The notes under the pieces were generated by a model. The model was given only the letters and a program-made list of their open reading frames with translations, was not told the origin of the DNA and made no database searches. Positions 25,501 to 30,204 of a DNA stretch of 64,000 nucleotides are shown here, piece after piece (positions within the stretch are counted from its first letter, which is position 1; every line of letters begins with the position of its first letter). The stretch is from Chitinophagaceae bacterium (lineage in GTDB: Bacteria > Bacteroidota > Bacteroidia > Chitinophagales > JADJOU01), in contig JAFEIJ010000015.1 in the NCBI GenBank assembly GCA_017495115.1, positions 73,481-137,480 of the forward strand. The letters run 5' to 3'. The translations under genes and the position numbers were made by a program.

Positions 25501-28356
25501 AACAGTCACGGGAGCAATTTAGATGATATTTTTATAGGAAAATTGAATAATTGGCAATATCCTTATTGGCTTAATGCCGACATCGATGATATTCGAATCT
25601 ACAATCGCGTGCTTTCCGCTTTAGAAGTTAAAGGCTATTGTGGTTCTTGTAACATTTCAAGTCCTATTGAAAAGGCTTGTTCAAAAGGATTTAAACAAAC
25701 AATCCCAAAATGTACTCAAGAAACATTGATATTAAACAGTTCGAATGGAACAAAACACCTTTGGTCTCCAAAATTAGGTCTTTCAAACGATACCAATCAA
25801 AATCCAATCTGTTCTATAAATCAAAATACGACGTATTATTCAACCAAAATCGATAGTGTGGGCTGTCAAATTGTAGATACATTTATCATTCAAATACGTG
25901 CCGTTTCAAAATTTGAGCCTATTTCTGATACACTGATTTGTATCGGTGATAGCGCTACCATTAATATTAAAAACCGAACGAATCCCATCTGGTCTCCAAA
26001 CACCCATATCCGAGCATTTGGAACAAATGATTTTAAACTCTTTCCTAATCAATCGACGGATTATATATTAAATTATCAGGATACGTTTGGTTGCTCATTT
26101 AAAGATACAATTTCTATAAAAACCAAAATTTGTTGTTCTTTGCGTGCGCAATTTGAAATGAGTAAAACGAATTTATGTTTTGGAGATTCTTTAATGGTCA
26201 ATAATAGCTCTTCATCCATTTCAGGCGTTTCTTTTAGTTGGTCTATCCAACCCAATTCGGTTTCTATGGCAAACTATAACGGTATTCAACCGCCTACCTT
26301 ATTTTTTGAAAATGCGGGAGATTATACCATCGAACTTATTGGCGATAATGGATCTTGTAAAGATACCTTTGTAAAAACAATCTTAGTTACTAAACTCAAT
26401 CCTAATGCGGGAAATGATACCTTCTATTGTGGCAATGCATTGCAATATCAACTTGGAGAAAGTCCAATTAGAGGATTTAAATATTCATGGAATCCTCCAA
26501 CGGGATTAAATAATCCATCCCAATCCAACCCCATATTGTCGCTTGCAAATCAAAAAATAGATTACATTTTACAAATGGAAGATACGTTAAGTGGTTGTCG
26601 TTTTTACGACACGGTCACAGTAAGCGCTTTTAATTTTAAAAATTTCTCAAAAATTATCGATACGCTGATATGTGATCGCGATAGTATAATGGTTTTGCTT
26701 CCAAGTTTCACCAAATCAGCCACATGGAAAAATGCAATACATATTTCGGATTCGTTATCAAAACAACCTTTACTTTTCCCTAAAGATACACAAAGGTATA
26801 TTGTTCATTTTGAAGACTCCAATCGTTGTCAATATCAAGATACTTTTGATCTCTTTACTAAAATTTGTTGTGAACATATCCCCCATTTTTTAGTTGCTAA
26901 AAACACGATTTGTTTTGGAGAAACACTACAAATTACTGAAAATTCCACCTATAAAACGCCCGTTAATCACAAATGGAAGGTTATACCAAATACGGTATCT
27001 CCTAGTTTTTCATCTGGAAAAACACCGCCAAACTTCCAATTTTTAGATTCAGGAAAATATCAAATTTGGCTCACTATTTATGATTCTTATTGTATAGATT
27101 CCTTTTTACGCGAAGTTAAGGTAGTTCGTATTTATCCAAATGCAGGATTGGATCAATCTTCATGTCGATTACAAAATAATTTTTCATTAGGTTTCCCTCC
27201 AGTAGATGGCTATCAATATGTATGGACACCAAGTCTTTATTTATCCAATCCTTTTATTTCCAATCCAACGGCGTCAGTTTTCCGAGACTCTATTAGATAT
27301 ATTCTTGAAACAAGAGATATTGCTAGTCAATGTGTCTTTAATTATGCGGTAGATATTAAAACGAAAAGAGTAATTGACTCTTCCATTACTTTCGATACCC
27401 TTTGTGAGAAATCAACACTTGATTTTCATGGCAATATACTCAATGCTTCAGGATTCTATGACACCATACTTTCGGATGTATTAAATACCTGTGATAGTAT
27501 ATATAAAGCAACTCATTTATTCATTTATCCAAGAAAAGATTCGTTGTGGACGCAACAATATGGTTGCAAATACTTCCAATATAAAAATACCGTTTTTGAA
27601 AAAGATACGTTTTTATTAGACTCAATTTTTAATTCCAAAGGTTGTTTGGTTTCTATTTTACAAATTCCAATAGAAATTTTAAATACAACTATAGAAGATT
27701 CAACAATTATTGCATGTGGAAGTTATCTTCATAATGGACTTTTATTAACCGAAAGTTATAAACGAATTAAAACGAATCGTGTTCCTTTTTTCAGAAGACC
27801 TACTTGTGATAGTGTTTGGCGAAATATTGGACTTAACATATTACCCGCTCCTAAAGCAATCATAGAACCCAACAATAAAAACAATCCAATTCCTTACGGA
27901 ACCAAATTGAATTTGGAGGGTAAGGGCGGTGATTTTTATCAATGGAATTTTGAGAACAGTACCGAAAAAAGTATTGTATATGAGGCGTTTCAAGACTACA
28001 GATTTACGTTAGTAGTGAGTCTTCAAAATGAATGTAAAGACACTGCAACATACTTTGTAAAAGTGGGCGAGATTCCTGATGGTAAAATCGTATTTCCAAA
28101 TGCATTTTCGCCTAATGGCGATCAAGTAAATGATTACTTTAAACCCAATTCCTATCAATTTGGGGCACTGGTTTCATTAAGCATTTTCAATCGTTGGGGC
28201 GAGAAAATATTTGAAAATTTCAATCAAGATGCGTATTGGGATGGAACATACAAAAATGAAATTCAACCGAGTGGAGTTTATATTTATATCGCTACATTTA
28301 AATCGCCTAAAGGGGAGTTAAAAACGATAAAAGGAGACTTTTTATTGGTTAGATAA
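22537..28356 (+). CDS. 1939-aa secreted multidomain subtilisin-like (S8) protease/adhesin with a T9SS type-B C-terminal sorting domain
   Basis: It has a signal peptide and an intact S8 triad context (ITDDG, DHGTHVAG, SGTSMAAP). PKD-like modules, a TWNNQP-containing beta-sandwich and a LamG/ConA-like domain follow. Cys-rich repeated modules come next, and the C-terminus is PNAFSPNGDQVNDYF...FNRWGEKIF...WDGTY...GVYIY. Confidence 0.9.
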   Translation: MKHKLLFLILFFTNCIYSQFDNLKNNSNELEAKYIKNQLFVKIKDEIDFNPINSIEPREFSNKIKITKAFKLIELQKIYLVEVLDSSITTDSVIRFFTKNEAVEYVERVPLYELFWTPNDPMYLQQWNLQKIQADLAWNISQGKQQIRVAITDDGFLMNHEDLTSKWFINSAENPTNGIDDDNNGYIDDWRGWDAADNDNNPAAFNPSNNYFDHGTHVAGITTVATNNAKGIAGIGGNILLIPVKIGANSNASFTGAYQGVEYAIIANANVINMSWGGGAFSQTYQNLFNVAKSKNIVCVAAAGNSSTSSWMYPASYQNVISVASTTNTDALSWFSNFGSAIDVCAPGSDILSCHATGITNYTNMSGTSMAAPLVSGLCGLMLSHNLMPADSIEACLKRTSNNINANNPNRIGQIGAGRINAFQALQCVTKNPISSFDILDTFQCSGQLVRYQATSNGAQPLTYQWIFPGGSPSTSTFANPGVIYSSAGLKSATLITCNTLGCDTITKTNIVRIDTPSAWLTGRKYTTYNSNPAVIAVNFKGNPPYNVTLTDGTNTWTENNITANPYFFSIVPQLNTSLISIQSFSAKNCIGKVSKQDTIEKNDLNAVTMRDTCIFLNNFPMVVEDAGISSFTPNTNYALHPEYGALSWTCGGSPCQGRSLMKFNLNEIPQNAIINDATLYLTAENPSNGYSNQPTFGTNNASAIKRITQSWSENTVTWNNQPTTTTLNQVTLPQSSSSKQNYVVNMTQLINDSRANPNNSHGFMLQHLAEPTWYNCMLFASTDFVDISKRPKLKICYSYPIQNNNDNNCDTTNLNVGRVLHLDFNGNTQDKSGNNNHATNFGATPVAGKNGVANTAYRFDGINDYMKVNHHTSLNMTNITLTAVLKPNGFYNGTCYGNQIIKKGNTDFVSGEYGLVYSPNGYTNSCFVFDTIHQNYAGYVFNNRPSPNLNNTSPYVIKGQWDCLVYTKNNDSTKFYINGVLKYATASNSHGSNLDDIFIGKLNNWQYPYWLNADIDDIRIYNRVLSALEVKGYCGSCNISSPIEKACSKGFKQTIPKCTQETLILNSSNGTKHLWSPKLGLSNDTNQNPICSINQNTTYYSTKIDSVGCQIVDTFIIQIRAVSKFEPISDTLICIGDSATINIKNRTNPIWSPNTHIRAFGTNDFKLFPNQSTDYILNYQDTFGCSFKDTISIKTKICCSLRAQFEMSKTNLCFGDSLMVNNSSSSISGVSFSWSIQPNSVSMANYNGIQPPTLFFENAGDYTIELIGDNGSCKDTFVKTILVTKLNPNAGNDTFYCGNALQYQLGESPIRGFKYSWNPPTGLNNPSQSNPILSLANQKIDYILQMEDTLSGCRFYDTVTVSAFNFKNFSKIIDTLICDRDSIMVLLPSFTKSATWKNAIHISDSLSKQPLLFPKDTQRYIVHFEDSNRCQYQDTFDLFTKICCEHIPHFLVAKNTICFGETLQITENSTYKTPVNHKWKVIPNTVSPSFSSGKTPPNFQFLDSGKYQIWLTIYDSYCIDSFLREVKVVRIYPNAGLDQSSCRLQNNFSLGFPPVDGYQYVWTPSLYLSNPFISNPTASVFRDSIRYILETRDIASQCVFNYAVDIKTKRVIDSSITFDTLCEKSTLDFHGNILNASGFYDTILSDVLNTCDSIYKATHLFIYPRKDSLWTQQYGCKYFQYKNTVFEKDTFLLDSIFNSKGCLVSILQIPIEILNTTIEDSTIIACGSYLHNGLLLTESYKRIKTNRVPFFRRPTCDSVWRNIGLNILPAPKAIIEPNNKNNPIPYGTKLNLEGKGGDFYQWNFENSTEKSIVYEAFQDYRFTLVVSLQNECKDTATYFVKVGEIPDGKIVFPNAFSPNGDQVNDYFKPNSYQFGALVSLSIFNRWGEKIFENFNQDAYWDGTYKNEIQPSGVYIYIATFKSPKGELKTIKGDFLLVR
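22894..23820 (+). other. peptidase S8 (subtilisin) catalytic domain of the giant protein
   Basis: This covers aa ~120-428, with Asp in ITDDG, His in DHGTHVAG, Asn in AAAGNSS and Ser in GTSMAAP. There is an Asp/Asn-rich insert, NGIDDDNNGYIDDW. Confidence 0.85.
23830..24081 (+). other. PKD-like domain
   Basis: This covers aa ~432-515: F..C.G..V.Y...SNG..PLTYQW.FPGGSP..S....P.V.Y...G......L...N..GCD. Confidence 0.6.
24979..25632 (+). other. LamG / concanavalin-A-like lectin domain
   Basis: This covers aa ~815-1032: LHLDFNGNTQDKSGNNNHATNFGATPVAGKNGVANTAYRFDG...KFYINGVL...DDIRIYNRVLSALEV. Confidence 0.7.
25669..27366 (+). repeat. about 2.3 tandem copies of a ~245-aa Cys-containing module inside the giant ORF (protein-level repeat)
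   Basis: The motif string recurs: ...W.P...L.N....NP...Y......D..GC...DT..I.TKICC then F.....N.CFG..L.......W.......G..PP...F...G.Y.I.L......C.D.F...... then PNAG.D. Anchors are TKICC at aa 1196-1200 and 1441-1445, and PNAG at aa 1288 and 1533. Confidence 0.6.
28084..28353 (+). other. T9SS type-B (gliding-motility-associated, CHU_C-like) C-terminal sorting domain
   Basis: The last ~90 aa read IVFPNAFSPNGDQVNDYFKP...SIFNRWGEKIFE...WDGTYKNEIQPSGVYIYIATF...GDFLLVR. Confidence 0.8.
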
Positions 28357-28420
28357 TCACAAATGTTATAAAATTATGAGCATATTATCAAAAAGATTGG
28401 GTCTCATTGTTTCTAATTTT

Positions 28421-28482
28421 GAGACCACGGATAAATTTTTCAAAGTGAACTAGCTATTCAGGAAAAATTTTCCGAGGTGACG
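28421..28482 (+). repeat. hairpin module A1
   Basis: GAGACCA CGGATAAATTTTTC [loop AAAGTGAACTAGCTATTCA] GGAAAAATTTTCCG AGGTGACG. The stem is 13 bp with one bulged T. Confidence 0.85.
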
Positions 28483-28566
28483 ACATATGTGAATTCCAAC
28501 TCTTCGTACCCGTTCCCGAATTCCCGAATCGTGCCTCTCTGGACAGTCGCAGGATCTCGGGATAGG

Positions 28567-28643
28567 CGTCATCCTCGAAAATTTTCAGCAACAATATTTT
28601 TATTAATATACTAAATCTTTTTTGAAAATTTATCGGGGATCTC
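28567..28643 (-). repeat. hairpin module D1 (A-type design in reverse orientation)
   Basis: CGTCATCCTCGAAAATTTTCA ...loop... TGAAAATTTATCGGGGATCTC. Compare the reverse complement of A: CGTCACCTCGGAAAATTTTTCC...GAAAAATTTATCCGTGGTCTC. Confidence 0.8.
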
Positions 28644-28660
28644 ATTGTTTCGCTTCAGAG

Positions 28661-28718
28661 ATTCCGCATATTTTTTTTATAAGCTGACTAGATAGTCAAA
28701 AAAAATTGCGGAATGACG
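28661..28718 (+). repeat. hairpin module B1
   Basis: ATTCCGCATATTTTTTTT [loop ATAAGCTGACTAGATAGTC] AAAAAAAATTGCGGAAT GACG. Confidence 0.85.
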
Positions 28719-28791
28719 AAGTGGTTATAAGCAATCCTTTCAAATCACTAATAACTAAAACCTAAAGTCTAATCCCTTTTAAAAGCTTTTT

Positions 28792-28853
28792 GAGACCACG
28801 GATAAATTTTTCAAAGTGGACTAGCTATTCAGGAAAAATTTTCCGAGGTGACG
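28792..28853 (+). repeat. hairpin module A2
   Basis: Same as A1 with one loop change (AAAGTGGACTAGC). Confidence 0.85.
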
Positions 28854-28906
28854 GGAGTCCCGAGATGAAGGATTCGGGAACGTAATATATGTGAATTCCA
28901 ATATCA

Positions 28907-28981
28907 CGTCATCCTCGAAAATTTTCAGCAACTAAATGTTTTTTCTCTTGAAATTATAATTGAAAATTTATCGGGGATCTC
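28907..28981 (-). repeat. hairpin module D2
   Basis: CGTCATCCTCGAAAATTTTCAGCAAC...TTGAAAATTTATCGGGGATCTC. It ends 10 nt from the GIY-YIG stop codon. Confidence 0.8.
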
Positions 28982-28991
28982 TTTAGAAAAT

Positions 28992-29291
28992 TTATAAATC
29001 TACAACTTGATTTATTAAATCAATCCAATCTTTGTTATATTTTTCTACAAGTTGCATCTTCCATTCACGTTTCCATTTTTTAAGTTGTTTCTCTCTTGAA
29101 ATAGCTTCTTCGATACTTATAAATGATTCAAAATAAACTAATTTATTACAATTATATTTTGAAGTAAATGAAGTAGGATATATTTTATCTTTATGTTCCA
29201 TAACTCTAAAATATAGTTGACTTGTAACTCCAATATAAAAAACGGAATTTAATTTATTTGTCATTATATAAACATAGCCCCCACGCTCCAT
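28992..29291 (-). CDS. stand-alone GIY-YIG (URI-domain) nuclease family protein, COG2827/YhbQ-like
   Basis: The 99-aa protein reads MERGGYVYIMTN...VFYIGVTSQLYFRVMEHK...SFTSKYNCNKLVYFE...EEAISREKQLKKW. This gives the GIY and YIG motifs, a conserved Arg and a conserved Glu. Confidence 0.9.
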   Translation of the reverse strand: MERGGYVYIMTNKLNSVFYIGVTSQLYFRVMEHKDKIYPTSFTSKYNCNKLVYFESFISIEEAISREKQLKKWKREWKMQLVEKYNKDWIDLINQVVDL

Positions 29292-29295
29292 TGTA

Positions 29296-29303
29296 CAAAT
29301 ATA
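29296..29303 (-). promoter_or_regulatory. candidate -7 box (TATATTTG) only 4 nt upstream of the GIY-YIG ATG
   Basis: The reverse complement of 29296-29303 is TATATTTG. If functional, it implies a leaderless or near-leaderless mRNA. Confidence 0.3.
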
Positions 29304-29313
29304 CTAATTATAT

Positions 29314-29375
29314 GAGACCACGGATAAATTTTTCAAAGTGAACTAACTATTCAGGAAAAATTTTCCGAGGCGACG
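29314..29375 (+). repeat. hairpin module A3
   Basis: GAGACCACGGATAAATTTTTCAAAGTGAACTAACTATTCAGGAAAAATTTTCCGAGGCGACG. It starts 22 nt from the GIY-YIG start codon. Confidence 0.85.
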
Positions 29376-29399
29376 GGAGATGGTGTCAGCACTTTAGAG

Positions 29400-29455
29400 A
29401 TTCCGCATATTTTTTTGTAAGCGTACTAGATTGTCAAAAAAAATGCGGAATGACG
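29400..29455 (+). repeat. hairpin module B (unit 3)
   Basis: ATTCCGCATATTTTTTT [GTAAGCGTACTAGATTGTC] AAAAAAAATGCGGAAT GACG. Confidence 0.85.
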
Positions 29456-29542
29456 AGGTGGTTATAACCAAGCCCTTCAAATCACTAATCACAAGTCACT
29501 AATCACTAAAACCTAAAGCCTAATCCCTTTTAAAAGCTTTTT

Positions 29543-29604
29543 GAGACCACGGATAAATTTTTCAAAGTGAACTAACTATTCAAGAAAAATTTTCCGAGGT
29601 GACG
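29543..29604 (+). repeat. hairpin module A4
   Basis: Same design as A1. The loop ends ...CTATTCAA. Confidence 0.85.
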
Positions 29605-29628
29605 GGAGATGGTGTCAGCACTTTAGAG

Positions 29629-29681
29629 ATTCCGCATATTTTTTAATAAGCAGACTAAATGGTCAAAAAAAATTGCGGAAT
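29629..29681 (+). repeat. hairpin module B (unit 4)
   Basis: ATTCCGCATATTTTTT [AATAAGCAGACTAAATGGTC] AAAAAAAATTGCGGAAT. Confidence 0.85.
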
Positions 29682-29798
29682 GCTTTAAGTCCCGAGACGA
29701 AGGATTCGGGAACGCAACGATTATGAATCCCTTCAAATCACTAATCACAGGTCACTAATCACTAAAACCTAAAGCCTAATCCCTTTTAAAAGCTTTTT

Positions 29799-29860
29799 GA
29801 GACCACGGATAAATTTTTCAAAGTGAACTAACTATTCAAGAAAAATTTTCCGAGGTGACG
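29799..29860 (+). repeat. hairpin module A5
   Basis: Identical to A4. Confidence 0.85.
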
Positions 29861-29884
29861 GGAGATGGTGTCAGCACTTTAGAG

Positions 29885-29937
29885 ATTCCGCATATTTTTT
29901 AATAAGCAGACTAAATGGTCAAAAAAAATTGCGGAAT
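29885..29937 (+). repeat. hairpin module B (unit 5)
   Basis: Identical to the unit-4 copy. Confidence 0.85.
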
Positions 29938-30054
29938 GCTTTAAGTCCCGAGACGAAGGATTCGGGAACGCAACGATTATGAATCCCTTCAAATCACTAA
30001 TCACAGATCACTAATCACTAAAACCCAATCCCTAATCCCTTTTAAAAGTTTTTT

Positions 30055-30113
30055 GAGACCACGGATAAATTTTTCAAAGTGCACTAACTAATCAAGAAAA
30101 ATTTTCCGAGGTG
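30055..30113 (+). repeat. hairpin module A6 (terminal, slightly diverged)
   Basis: GAGACCACGGATAAATTTTTCAAAGTGCACTAACTAATCAAGAAAAATTTTCCGAGGTGA. Confidence 0.8.
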
Positions 30114-30175
30114 AAGAGGCGTCTTAAAATATTCATTACCTTAAAAAAAATGTCCTATTTTGATCGATTTAGTTC

Positions 30176-30183
30176 TATATTTG
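30176..30183 (+). promoter_or_regulatory. candidate -7 box (TAnnTTTG)
   Basis: TATATTTG lies 21 nt upstream of the ATG at 30205. The extended context TATATTTGCTTT matches the one upstream of the protease gene at 22500. Confidence 0.4.
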
Positions 30184-30204
30184 CTTTTAATAAATTGCTA
30201 AAAC

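Larger units (their letters stand above)
29543..30113. repeat. 2.2 tandem copies of a 256-bp unit (A-B-C-E)
   Basis: Units start at 29543, 29799 and 30055. The first 208 bp of units 1 and 2 are identical, and there are 5 differences in total, all in the E linker. Unit 3 stops after module A. Confidence 0.95.
28390..30125. repeat. composite array of shuffled hairpin-repeat modules (A, B, C, D, E), non-coding apart from one nested GIY-YIG gene
   Basis: This comes from direct reading. There are 6 A, 4 B and 2 D large hairpins. There are 3 C small hairpins plus one rearranged inverted C, and 4 E linkers. A truncated D-like end sits at 28391-28415 (GGGTCTCATTGTTTC, compare GGATCTCATTGTTTC at 28638). 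Confidence 0.9.

Noticed and set aside
28454-28645. 63-aa ORF on the minus strand in the supplied track
   Set aside because: It lies entirely within hairpin modules A1, C' and D1. Its reading frame is created by the repeats, and it has no start context or homology signal.
28781-28790. Perfect palindrome AAAAGCTTTT (HindIII core) preceding several A modules, as a protein-binding site
   Set aside because: It is part of the E-linker/A junction and is copied along with the module. In the last copy it is already mutated to AAAAGTTTTT, so nothing suggests an independent function.
28421-30113. Possible CRISPR array, because of regularly recurring repeats in a non-coding stretch
   Set aside because: The recurring elements are 55-75-bp hairpins and 256-bp composite units. 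The sequences between them are themselves repeated, so there are no unique spacers. Repeat spacing is irregular in the left half, and no cas genes are in the window.
28421-30113. Possible integron cassette array, with imperfect hairpins bearing an extrahelical base resembling attC sites
   Set aside because: No IntI integrase or attI is in the window. No GTTRRRY/RYYYAAC core sites flank the hairpins. Most of the would-be cassettes contain no ORF at all.
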